Source: Spirochaetota bacterium
GTDB taxonomy: Bacteria; Spirochaetota; B62-G9; DRHN01
Assembly: GCA_020342115.1 (NCBI GenBank)
Contig: CP070841.1
Coordinates: 3,421,531 to 3,485,530 of the forward strand
DNA length: 64,000 bases
Reading direction: 5' to 3'
Shown: in pieces, positions 18,213-27,526 of the stretch
How the letters are laid out: the number at the start of each line of letters is the position of its first letter
Numbering within the stretch: position 1 is the first letter of the stretch
Notes under the pieces: generated by a model
What the model was told of the DNA's origin: nothing
Databases searched by the model: none
The model's input: only the letters and a program-made list of their open reading frames with translations
Made by a program: the position numbers and the translations under genes

Positions 18213-19415
18213 ATGTCCGTAGTACAAATAAGACCAAGCGTATACTGGATAGGGGTTAACGACAGAACCACCGATCTTTTTGAAGGTATTTGGCCAATCA
18301 CTCAGGAAGGAGTTTCATACAATTCCTATTTCATAGATGATCATAAAAAGGTGCTCATTGACCTGGCAAAATCCTTTAAAACCGATGAGTTTTTCGAACA
18401 CGTTAAGGAAGTTGTCCCGATTTCTAAGCTTGATTATGTGGTGATGAATCATATTGAGCCCGACCACTCCGGAGTAATAAGGATATTGCGGCAGATGAAT
18501 CCAAAGGTTGTAATCCTGAGTTCAGCCAAGTTGAAGAATATGCTCGAGGCGTTCTATGGAATTACAGAAGATGTAAACACCGTCGAAGATGGTGAGTCGC
18601 TGGATATAGGGAATAGAAAGATCCAGTTTTTTTCTACTCCCTTTGTGCACTGGCCTGAAACAATCATGACTTACGACAATAAAGAACACATCCTGTTTTC
18701 CTGTGATGGATTCGGAGGCTACGGAGCTCTTCGGGGAGCAATATTCGATGATGATTGCAAAGATATAGATTTCTATGAGAAAGAATCTCTCAGATATTAT
18801 GTAAACATCGTTGCCCTTTTTTCAAGGCCTACGCTTAAAGCAATCGAAAAATTGGCCGGCCTGAATATAGAGATAATTGCTCCATCACACGGGCACATAT
18901 GGAGAAAAAATCCTTTGCGAATAGTTGAGCTTTACAAGAAATGGGCAGGATATGCACAGGGCGAGGCAGAACCTGGAGTGACTCTACTCTATGGATCGAT
19001 GTACGGAAACACAGAGAGGATGATGAATGCGGTAGCACAGGGCATCTCTTTCAAAGACATCCCGATTGAGATCTTTGATACTGCTCGCACCCATGTGAGT
19101 TATATTCTCCCCTCGCTCTGGCAGTACAACGGCGTTGTGGTGGGTGCGCCGACTTATGAAGGCGCCCTCTTTCCTCCTATGGTTGATACGCTTAACTATG
19201 CAGCCTTGAAGCGCATTGTGAATAAAAAGTTGATAACTTTTGGTAGCTACGGCTGGGGAGGAGGCGCACTGAAAACCATCAAGAAGATCGTTGAACCACT
19301 GGGCTGGGAGCTTATCGAATCATACGAGTTCAACGGCGGTCCCACAGATGAAGACCTGAAAAAGGGAGAGGAGTTCGGAAAAAAGTTTGCCGAAATGATT
19401 GTTTCGAAGAAATAA
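18213..19415 (+). CDS. fprA: Flavodiiron protein (FprA/ROO-type A-type flavoprotein)
   Basis: Metallo-beta-lactamase-like diiron motif HIEPDHSG plus a C-terminal flavodoxin domain (LLYGSMYGNTERM). ATG 18213 follows GGAGGAAG. Confidence 0.85.
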   Translation: MSVVQIRPSVYWIGVNDRTTDLFEGIWPITQEGVSYNSYFIDDHKKVLIDLAKSFKTDEFFEHVKEVVPISKLDYVVMNHIEPDHSGVIRILRQMNPKVVILSSAKLKNMLEAFYGITEDVNTVEDGESLDIGNRKIQFFSTPFVHWPETIMTYDNKEHILFSCDGFGGYGALRGAIFDDDCKDIDFYEKESLRYYVNIVALFSRPTLKAIEKLAGLNIEIIAPSHGHIWRKNPLRIVELYKKWAGYAQGEAEPGVTLLYGSMYGNTERMMNAVAQGISFKDIPIEIFDTARTHVSYILPSLWQYNGVVVGAPTYEGALFPPMVDTLNYAALKRIVNKKLITFGSYGWGGGALKTIKKIVEPLGWELIESYEFNGGPTDEDLKKGEEFGKKFAEMIVSKK

Positions 19416-19529
19416 AGAAATAAATTTAATAGGGAGTTTACGCAGCAAACTTCGTGTACTTTTGGTGGTCGCCGTGTTTTTTAGGCTAAATAAGTGAAGT
19501 AGCTGGAGTTTACGCAGTAAACTCCAATA

Positions 19530-19571
19530 TAGTTTAGTGTTCGACATGTGTTTTTGGCGAACACTAAACTA
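19530..19571. terminator. Bidirectional hairpin between convergent fprA and the TPR gene
   Basis: Perfect 14-bp stem TAGTTTAGTGTTCG / CGAACACTAAACTA with a 14-nt loop containing a TTTTT run. Confidence 0.5.
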
Positions 19572-20933
19572 AACCTGTGTCTTTATGTCACTCAGGATCT
19601 TTGAGAGGTCCTCCCCGCCGATCAGATCAATCTGTCTTGTCATAGAAAACTCCATGGCCTCGGGTCTGAAATTAAGTGGAGAAATACATACCGCTTTCTG
19701 GCATCTGAGCGCTTTCGCTTCCTCGAGTAGCTTCTTTACCACATTGAGGCCGAGTGTTATGGCATCTCTATATACCTTAATATACACCCTCTGTCGTTTT
19801 ACATTTCTCATCACCGATGGCTTTGGCATGGCAAGTATGGTTGTAATACTCGCCTTGATATGCTTCATATCTGATATTTCATAACCAAGATGTTTTATAA
19901 TATCGAGACATATTCCTTCATATACAGGAAGCGGGCTCACCAGAAAATCTTTCATATTGTCATCGGCCCTGAGATCCTGATACCGTTCGAGCTTTTTTGG
20001 TACATCCTTGTAGGCGGAATTAGTCTTGTTGATCCCCTCCCACTGCTCAATTGCTTCTGCAAGCTTCCCTCGTGTTTCGTAAAGATCCGCGAGCATGTAT
20101 TTAGTGGCCAGCAGCATGGGTTGATCCTTTCCAGTTGCAGCGGCAATGCCCTTCTTGTACTCTTCGATAGCATTGTTTATTTCATCCATTTCCCTGTAGC
20201 AGGTGCCTTTCTGCAGATATGCTCTTATGCGGAATTCGGGTGATCTCTGAGAAGCATCGAAGTAGGTTATTGCCCTTGGGAAATCTCTACCATCCATATA
20301 GAGCCTACCAAGATAGTAATACGACCTGTAGTTTCTGGGATTGTGTTTGATTGCTTTAGTGAGGTAGGTAACCGCTTCTTTAATCTGGTTTGCATGATAC
20401 ATAATCATACCCAGATAACCGAGAGCTTCCTCATTGGTGGGATTTGATTTTATGGTTCTATCGAAATAGGTAACAGACTGTTCTAGATTTCCCTTCTTGT
20501 AGAAAATCTTAGCAATAGCGACGAGGTATTCATGATTCTTTGGTTCCTGGCGTTCAAGCTCCAGAAGTTCGGTGAGGGCTTCATTTTCCTTGTTGAGCTT
20601 GAGCAAACACTCTACCAGACCCTCCCTGATCCCCTTGTCTGATGTAAGGAAAGGCTTTTTTCCGATCTTCAAACAGTACCGGTATTCTACTACCGCGACC
20701 TGACAGTTTCCCTCTCTCCTGTAACACTCGGCAAGAAGGAAATGAGCATCTACCGAACCACCCTGTTTGTATATGATAGTTTTGAGATGTCTAATTGAAT
20801 TTTTATAGTCTCCTGCTTGGATCTGTTCCCAGATTCGTTGGAGTTTTTTTGGTTTTTTGAAAAGCTTGAGATAGACAAACACAAAGAGTGACCCAAGAAC
20901 AACAATACCTATTACGAATGCCATGTAGTTCAT
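19569..20933 (-). CDS. Membrane-anchored TPR-repeat protein with an uncharacterised C-terminal domain
   Basis: N-terminal TM helix, multiple TPR-like repeats, and a last about 120 aa that is faintly Mrr/restriction-endonuclease-fold-like without clear catalytic residues. Confidence 0.6.
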   Translation of the reverse strand: MNYMAFVIGIVVLGSLFVFVYLKLFKKPKKLQRIWEQIQAGDYKNSIRHLKTIIYKQGGSVDAHFLLAECYRREGNCQVAVVEYRYCLKIGKKPFLTSDKGIREGLVECLLKLNKENEALTELLELERQEPKNHEYLVAIAKIFYKKGNLEQSVTYFDRTIKSNPTNEEALGYLGMIMYHANQIKEAVTYLTKAIKHNPRNYRSYYYLGRLYMDGRDFPRAITYFDASQRSPEFRIRAYLQKGTCYREMDEINNAIEEYKKGIAAATGKDQPMLLATKYMLADLYETRGKLAEAIEQWEGINKTNSAYKDVPKKLERYQDLRADDNMKDFLVSPLPVYEGICLDIIKHLGYEISDMKHIKASITTILAMPKPSVMRNVKRQRVYIKVYRDAITLGLNVVKKLLEEAKALRCQKAVCISPLNFRPEAMEFSMTRQIDLIGGEDLSKILSDIKTQV

Positions 20934-20960
20934 GTTACGTCCCTGCAGTGTCCTGTTTTA

Positions 20961-21479
20961 TTACTGGATTATTTCCTCGTATACCTTTTTATAGATCCTG
21001 TATGTTTCTATGTCCCAGACAACTATTTCAACAGTTCTCAGTGTTTTATTCTCCTCTTCTAAAAACTTCTTTAGCGTTGTGAGCATGACCTGAGCGCACA
21101 ATTCCGGGGAGAATCGAACGATTCCCAGGCTCATGTCCGGAATTGCCAGACTCTTCATTTTATGTTTTTTAGCAAGACGCAGACTGCTCAGGAGTGATTT
21201 TACTATGTTTTCCTCTAGAATCGGTCCATCGAATTCGGTAAGCGCAGCATGAATAACATACTTGGATTTCAGTTTTCCCGCATTAGTAACAACAGCGTCT
21301 CCCACCTCTATCGTACCATGCTGTGTACATTCTTCAACTATTGAAGCTCCACCTTTGGACTTTATTGCACCACCAAGCCCTGACCCGAGTATGAGCATAT
21401 TATTTGCAGTGTTGATGATTGCATCTGCGGATCTCTCAGTGATATCACCCTTTATAAGCTCTACATCGACTCCTTCCAT
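20961..21479 (-). CDS. Macro-domain (ADP-ribose binding/hydrolase) protein
   Basis: GDITERSADAIINTANN..GSGLGGAIKSKGG and SLAIPDMSLGIV resemble MacroD-type motifs. Confidence 0.75.
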   Translation of the reverse strand: MEGVDVELIKGDITERSADAIINTANNMLILGSGLGGAIKSKGGASIVEECTQHGTIEVGDAVVTNAGKLKSKYVIHAALTEFDGPILEENIVKSLLSSLRLAKKHKMKSLAIPDMSLGIVRFSPELCAQVMLTTLKKFLEEENKTLRTVEIVVWDIETYRIYKKVYEEIIQ

Positions 21480-21756
21480 ATAGGCTCCGTATTGAAAGGC
21501 TTACTGTTTTTAATGGATGTGCGTCGAGAATCTTATCCTGAAAAAAACTGACTCCTGATAAACCTGCCCCTGAGGAGCAAGTTTCTCAGGAGCTTGATTC
21601 TCAAAGGACCCTTCTCGCAAATAAAATTTAATTTAGCTCTTCATCATTATAGAGATAAAATAGACATTTGTCATTAGGAAATATTCGTATAGTCTGGTGG
21701 AAGTTTACTGCCAGGGCCGTCTGCCCTCTAAAACAATCGTTGGTTCTTTAGTAGAC

Positions 21757-22353
21757 CTACGCTGATGTGTATATGAACCGATCGATCTTCTTCAGAAAGC
21801 TCTCAACCTCTATTGACTTTGAAAGCAAGGTATCCACCCCTGAGTTCTTCACCTTCTCAAGTTCATGAGGATCGGTAGAGGATATTACCGCAATAATCGG
21901 GATCTTCTTGAACCTTGGATTGCTCCTGATCTTTTTTGTGATATCGAAGCTGTCAAGTTCTGGAATTATGAAATTGAGCAGGATTAAATCAGGGAGCCAT
22001 TCAGCCACGAGTGCACCAGTATCGAATCCAGAAGCCGTTGTCTTTACCTCTATATCCGGAACCTTACCGAGCGCCTTGGTTACTTTTTCAATAAACTGCT
22101 TTTCATTGTCAACGACCAAGACCTTCTTTCTCTTTGCCTCTTCGAGTTCTCTCGGTATTGGCATCTGGTTTTGTGAGAGAAAGTTAACAAGGTCGCTCCA
22201 TTTTACTCTTCTATGTCCACCTGGTGTTGAGTAGGCTTTCAGCTTACCGGTCTCAATCCATCTAATAACTGTTCGAATGTTTACCTGGCAAAATTTACCT
22301 ATCTGATAGGTTGTATATATCTTTTCTGGCAATTGGTATAGCCTCCCTATCAA
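21757..22353 (-). CDS. HTH (excisionase/MerR-like) plus receiver-like domain protein, phospho-acceptor Asp replaced by Asn
   Basis: N-terminus YTTYQIGKFCQVNIRTVIRWIETGKLKAY..GGHRRV. The REC-like part reads VLVVDNE...PDLILLNFIIPELDS, where canonical receivers have D. Confidence 0.65.
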   Translation of the reverse strand: MIGRLYQLPEKIYTTYQIGKFCQVNIRTVIRWIETGKLKAYSTPGGHRRVKWSDLVNFLSQNQMPIPRELEEAKRKKVLVVDNEKQFIEKVTKALGKVPDIEVKTTASGFDTGALVAEWLPDLILLNFIIPELDSFDITKKIRSNPRFKKIPIIAVISSTDPHELEKVKNSGVDTLLSKSIEVESFLKKIDRFIYTSA

Positions 22354-22445
22354 TAATGATAAATATTCTAAATATTATTGTAAATAATAATACTTTTAGT
22401 CAAGGTAGTCAATAATTAACATTAATTTTTTTTTACACCTGTGTT

Positions 22446-23687
22446 TCAGGCACCGAACTTAGCGAGTCTTCCGGAATGAGCCATCAAGAGAGGCATGAGA
22501 TCAACCGAGTTTATGATTCCAAGGGTTCCCCTGGTCAGATCGGTCTCCCCAAAATTGACCTCTCTGTTCATACGTGACCACCTTGATTTGATCAGTAAAG
22601 GAAAGGAATGCCATGAGTGCGCTTTATAACTTGCCGGTGTGGAATGATCAGCAGTTACAGCAAGCACATCCGGTTCGAGGTTGAGAATCGTGGGGATGTT
22701 TTGATCCACTTCCTCTATCACTGAGACCTTACGATCAAAATCCCCATCCTCACCGGCACTGTCTGTATACTTAATGTGAACAAAATAGAACTCATGCGTT
22801 CCCCATATTTCCTTCAATTTTTCAAATTGTGACACGACACCGGATTCTACATCGATTACATCCATGCCTGCGAGGCTGGCGAGGCCTCTGTACATCGGGT
22901 ATCCAGCGATTGCACAGGCATCCAGACCGTAGATCTCCTCAAAAGAGGGAATCTTTTTGTGAAGTGCCCATCCTCTGAGCAGAATCATATTGGCCGGATG
23001 TTCATCCTTCAACTTTTCGGCCACTTTTTTTATAAAATTGTTAATCATATCAGCTGTAGCTTTTGAGACCTTCTCATTATCGAGCGGCCGTACCGGAAGT
23101 GGGGGAACACCCGTTGTCTGGGGGTCTGTCTCTGAGAGCTGGTCAGACATCTCTCTGCCCCTGAAGATTAAAGCAGCCCTGTGTTCTTTTTCTGTTTCTA
23201 TAAAGTACTGCACATCACCGATACCGACTGTGGCCAGTTTTTCACACATTTTTCTATTGATCTCATCCTTAATCCTTCCTGCCCTCCTGTCAGTCACCTT
23301 ACCCTCTGTGTCCACTGTCGCAAAGTTGACACGTGCGCAAAGATCACCATCCTGAACAGGAAACTTCACCCCGAGTGCTGAGAGAATACCTCGTCCAATG
23401 ATGTATTGTAGAGGATCGTAGCCAAAGAGGGCGAGATGTCCTGGCCCGCTTCCGGGTGTGATCCCGGGAAGGATGGGAACCATCAGCCCTGTTTCTGATG
23501 CCTTTGCAAGAGTATCGAGATTAGGGGTATGTGCAGCCTCAAGCTCTGTAAGAGTTCCTTTTAAGGTGTCGTCTTTTTTACTGTTTTGCTTTGCTAAACC
23601 ACCGAGGCCATCCATTACAAGGAGCACTATCTTTTCTGATGATGGTTGCTTCAGCTGCTTTATGAGATCAAATTTTTCCATGTACAC
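22446..23687 (-). CDS. apgM: Cofactor-independent phosphoglycerate mutase, archaeal ApgM type
   Basis: 413 aa. LLVMDGLGG near the N-terminus and TADHSTP near the C-terminus. Confidence 0.75.
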   Translation of the reverse strand: MYMEKFDLIKQLKQPSSEKIVLLVMDGLGGLAKQNSKKDDTLKGTLTELEAAHTPNLDTLAKASETGLMVPILPGITPGSGPGHLALFGYDPLQYIIGRGILSALGVKFPVQDGDLCARVNFATVDTEGKVTDRRAGRIKDEINRKMCEKLATVGIGDVQYFIETEKEHRAALIFRGREMSDQLSETDPQTTGVPPLPVRPLDNEKVSKATADMINNFIKKVAEKLKDEHPANMILLRGWALHKKIPSFEEIYGLDACAIAGYPMYRGLASLAGMDVIDVESGVVSQFEKLKEIWGTHEFYFVHIKYTDSAGEDGDFDRKVSVIEEVDQNIPTILNLEPDVLAVTADHSTPASYKAHSWHSFPLLIKSRWSRMNREVNFGETDLTRGTLGIINSVDLMPLLMAHSGRLAKFGA

Positions 23688-23881
23688 CTCCTTCTCGGTT
23701 GCCGGTTGATAGTAACAATATCTATTTTCATTGAATGGTCGGCTCTGTATTGGTTATTAGTTATCACCAATTCTTTAGTTGTTAGATAAATCTTAGTTCT
23801 TTAATTTATAATTATAAAATGAATTATATATTATGAATTTACTTTAGATCATACTAAGCTCAATTATTTTACAAGAACTAA

Positions 23882-24784
23882 TTAAGAGAGAAGTATATCC
23901 AGATATTCGTCTACGTCAAAATCAGCAAGATCTTCTATCCCTTCTCCTGTCCCGGAATAGAGAATCGGTATTTTGAGCAGGCCGGAGATGGTGCATGCAA
24001 TGCCTCCCTTGGCCGAAGAGTCAAGTTTTGTCAGTACTATCCCGTCAACACCTGCGTATTCATTAAACTGTGTTGCCTGGGCAATTGCATTCTGGCCTGT
24101 TGTTGCATCGACTGTAAGCAATTTTACCAGTTTTGCTTCCGGGAGTTTCTTATCCAGGATCCTGACAATTTTTTTAAGCTCTTCCATGAGCCTTTCCTTG
24201 TTATGAAGCCTGCCTGCAGTGTCGACGATGAGGGCATCAACTGAGCGCGCCCTTGCTGAATCGCAAGCATCGTATACCACAGCACCTGGATCAGATCCCT
24301 GGTACTGGCTGATTATCGGTACATTCGCCCTTTTGCTCCATATTGCGAGCTGTTCTACTGCAGCATCTCTATGTGTGTCTGCAGCGGCAATGAGCGTCTT
24401 TTTCCCCTCATTCTTGAGCTTATAGGCGAGCTTGCCGCATGTAGTTGTCTTGCCAGTACCATTTACCCCAAACATGAGGTAAGCTACTATGGACCCCTGA
24501 TTCATCTCACGACTTAAGTCGTGAGATGAATCAGGATGATTGCTAGAAATCTCAGAGTCAATGACCATTTTTTCTTTGATTATATTTTTAAGCTCTGAGA
24601 TGACTTCATCGGGATTGCTGGAGACAACCCTCTTACTAAGCTGCTCAATTATCTGTTGGGTAAAATCTATACCAAAGTCAGAAGCAATAAGTATCTCTTC
24701 GATATCGGAGAGGACCTGTGTACTTTCCTTTTTACCCGTAAAGATGTGAGTTAGCTTTTTACCGAGCTGTATTTTAAGTTTCAC
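23882..24784 (-). CDS. ftsY: Signal recognition particle receptor FtsY (short form)
   Basis: GVNGTGKTTTCGKLA, DTAGR and TKLD GTPase motifs. 300 aa, GTG start. Confidence 0.9.
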   Translation of the reverse strand: MKLKIQLGKKLTHIFTGKKESTQVLSDIEEILIASDFGIDFTQQIIEQLSKRVVSSNPDEVISELKNIIKEKMVIDSEISSNHPDSSHDLSREMNQGSIVAYLMFGVNGTGKTTTCGKLAYKLKNEGKKTLIAAADTHRDAAVEQLAIWSKRANVPIISQYQGSDPGAVVYDACDSARARSVDALIVDTAGRLHNKERLMEELKKIVRILDKKLPEAKLVKLLTVDATTGQNAIAQATQFNEYAGVDGIVLTKLDSSAKGGIACTISGLLKIPILYSGTGEGIEDLADFDVDEYLDILLS

Positions 24785-26086
24785 TTAAAAGCGCACCTCT
24801 TTCTGCAGTATGTTACCGCCTGTACTGGATTCGTTGTAGTTATAAAGGTTGAAGTACTTCAACATTTCGATAAAGGAAAAAACAAATATACCTGCTGTAA
24901 CGACAGAGGAAGCTGCGGTGAGATAGCTAAGGGTGTTTGTCGTGTCAAGAGCCTGTGAATGCTTTACAGAGTCAATTCCTCGGTACAGATCCGCTTTTTG
25001 AAGATTTGCTGTCTGCTCTATCCCGAGGATTATCGATAACCCGAGCATACCTATTCCGGTATAGTACAGGGTCTCAGAGCTCTTTCTGTGAAGTTCGGCC
25101 TGGTTCAGAATTTTCTCTTTATCTTCTTCGGTTATGAGTTCAACCTGGTGCTTTCCTTTTCCCTCCATTGCTTCCTTCGTATATACAGTCTTAGACACAT
25201 ATCCCTCTTTTACAAAGGTGAGTGTGCGGTCCTGTGTGGTAATGCTGACAGAAAGCGGTGTCTCTCCAGCGAACTTCTCTCCTGAATACACCCTCACTGC
25301 TGAAGGGGTTGTCGTATAGAAGACGGTCTGCTGTATTTCCTCCTTCAGCACCACGTGTTTCGTGTAATCGTCCCTGGATATATGTATGAGATCCGAGAAG
25401 GTTCTGTACCCCTCTCTCCTTACGGTTATTCTATGGTATCCGGGTGAGAGGAGTGCTTCCGAGCTCTCTCCGATACCGATAAGCCTGTCGTCGGCAAAGA
25501 TGAGTGAGTCAGAAGGGTTGGCGGATATAGCTACCGTATGGGTTTTGTATCTTAGAAAATTTTTAAAAAAGGGAACAAGCCAGGTTTGAGGTTTGTTCAT
25601 AAGAGTGAAGAGATCTGTGCTTGTTTCATACTCTGTATAAGTCTTCTTTGTCAACAGGTTGTATGCTGATATTGAGAGTGTAACCTGATCTTCTGATTCA
25701 ACCAGATAATGACCGTGTATTGAAATGGGGAAATCTCCTGTAACAGGCTCCTTCTTCGTGACAAAAGGTTCCATCCTGTATCTGATTGTTCTACCTGCTT
25801 CTTCAAAGAGGTCTTTGTATTCATCCAAGTCTGAGAGGTTTTGGAGAAAGATGATCTCCTCATCGGTGAGGGATACATATGGTATGGAAATAGCATAGTT
25901 GTATATGCTGTTTACTACACTCTCTTTTACGTAGTCGTAATCCGCCTCCCCTTGATTTTCGAACCGGAGTATGGTGATTTTTCTCTGCTCGAATGGGTTA
26001 AAGTCGCATATTCCCCGGTATGAGAAACCAATAACACCAATCAGTATAATTGAAGTGAATCTCATGATTTTCATTAATCTCTTCAT
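24785..26086 (-). CDS. PEGA-domain membrane protein
   Basis: Signal/TM at the N-terminus (start taken at MKRLMKIMRF), two PEGA-like units (PGYHRITVRREGYRTF; FVKEGYVSKTV), C-terminal TM helices. Confidence 0.55.
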   Translation of the reverse strand: MKRLMKIMRFTSIILIGVIGFSYRGICDFNPFEQRKITILRFENQGEADYDYVKESVVNSIYNYAISIPYVSLTDEEIIFLQNLSDLDEYKDLFEEAGRTIRYRMEPFVTKKEPVTGDFPISIHGHYLVESEDQVTLSISAYNLLTKKTYTEYETSTDLFTLMNKPQTWLVPFFKNFLRYKTHTVAISANPSDSLIFADDRLIGIGESSEALLSPGYHRITVRREGYRTFSDLIHISRDDYTKHVVLKEEIQQTVFYTTTPSAVRVYSGEKFAGETPLSVSITTQDRTLTFVKEGYVSKTVYTKEAMEGKGKHQVELITEEDKEKILNQAELHRKSSETLYYTGIGMLGLSIILGIEQTANLQKADLYRGIDSVKHSQALDTTNTLSYLTAASSVVTAGIFVFSFIEMLKYFNLYNYNESSTGGNILQKEVRF

Positions 26087-26103
26087 TCTATTAACCTTTA
26101 GGT

Positions 26104-26215
26104 CTTGGTGTAAACACATAAATAAATTGATGTGTTTACACCAAGAACTAACAGCGTTCGAAGAACGCAATTTCTGTTAAAGTACATTAATAAATTGATG
26201 TATCTGCAACAGAAA
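26104..26215. repeat. Tandem hairpins sharing the core ACAT-(A/T)AATAAATTG-ATGT
   Basis: 26104-26145 is a 16-bp perfect stem. 26154-26168 is a 6-bp hairpin. 26171-26215 is a nested stem with nearly the same loop. All lie between the prfB stop and the PEGA gene start. Confidence 0.7.
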
Positions 26216-26232
26216 CGAACCGGAAACTAAAT

Positions 26233-27343
26233 TCAGGAGAGTTTAGCCTCGCTCTTAAGCGCTGCTTCGATGAATTCATCAATTTTACCATCGAGCACAG
26301 CTTCTGCGTTTCCGATTTCAACCCCGGTTCTGAGATCCTTCACCATCGTATAGGGCTGGAATACGTATGACCTTATCTGGTTCCCCCAGGAGATGTCTTT
26401 TTTGTTTTTCTCCTGCTCCTTTTTTTCCTCATCTTGCTGTTTTTTGAAATGTTCGTAGAGCTTTGCACGGAGGATCTTCATGGCCATATCTTTATTTTTA
26501 AACTGTGATCTCTCATTCTGACATTGTGCCACAATACCGGTCGGCAGATGAGTGATTCGAACGGCTGAGTCGGTCTTATTTACATGCTGTCCACCGGCTC
26601 CCTGTGAGCGGTAGGTGTCTACTTTTAAATCCTTTGGATTTATGTCGATCACTATCTCGTCATCAACCTCAGGCATACAGAATACCGATGCAAAAGATGT
26701 GTGTCGTCGTGCATTAGAATCAAAGGGAGAAATTCTCACCAGACGATGGATACCAATCTCTGTCTTGAGTAACCCATGTGCATACTCACCCTTTACATAC
26801 ACTGTAACTGATTTAATTCCAGCTTCTTCCCCGGGAAGTATGTCCACAATCTTGGTTTCAAAGCCCTTCTGCTCTGCCCATCTGAGGTACATTCTCAGGA
26901 GCATTGAAACCCAATCACATGCTTCTGTTCCTCCTGCTCCTGAATGTATGGTAAGGTAGGTGTTTGATGGATCGTTCTCTTCTGTAAAGAGGCTTAGTTT
27001 TTCAAGGGCTTCGGCCCGCTTTTTTAACTCCTCTATTCCCTTCTGGATGTCAGGTTCGAGCCCCTCCTCATTTTCACTGAGAGCCATCTCATAGAGCTCG
27101 TATAGATCCTCGATCTCCCTCTTGACCTGACTCCACGGCTCAACGGTCCCCTTAATCTTTTTGATCCTCTTCGTTATTGAGCCCGCCCTTTCATGATCAT
27201 TCCAGATATCGGGCTGGTTAAGCTCCTCTTCGAGCTTTTTCTTCTCATCGATCAGGTGTGCCTGTTCAAAGGCGATCCCACCCTTCTGCAATGGTCTTCT
27301 TCAGTTGCTCAACTTCATCTCTGTACTCTGTGAGCACCTTCAT
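26233..27343 (-). CDS. prfB: Peptide chain release factor 2, expressed via programmed +1 frameshift
   Basis: SPF and GGQ motifs lie in the long ORF. A 25-codon upstream frame (MKVLTEYRDEVEQLKKTIAEGWDRL) ends at CTT TGA A (27266-27272), preceded by GGGTGGG. Confidence 0.9.
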
Positions 27344-27526
27344 CACCCCTTTCGCTCTTTATTTATATAACATATGATGATTTATATTTGAACGGTAACT
27401 TTAAATTTTAAATTGTTTTAACCTTGACATTTGCACTACTAAAAAGTTATACAATGCAAAAAGACAAATCAACCTAATTCCATAAAAAGCTTGACCTGAT
27501 TTAATTTCACTCTAAATTGTTTCTTT

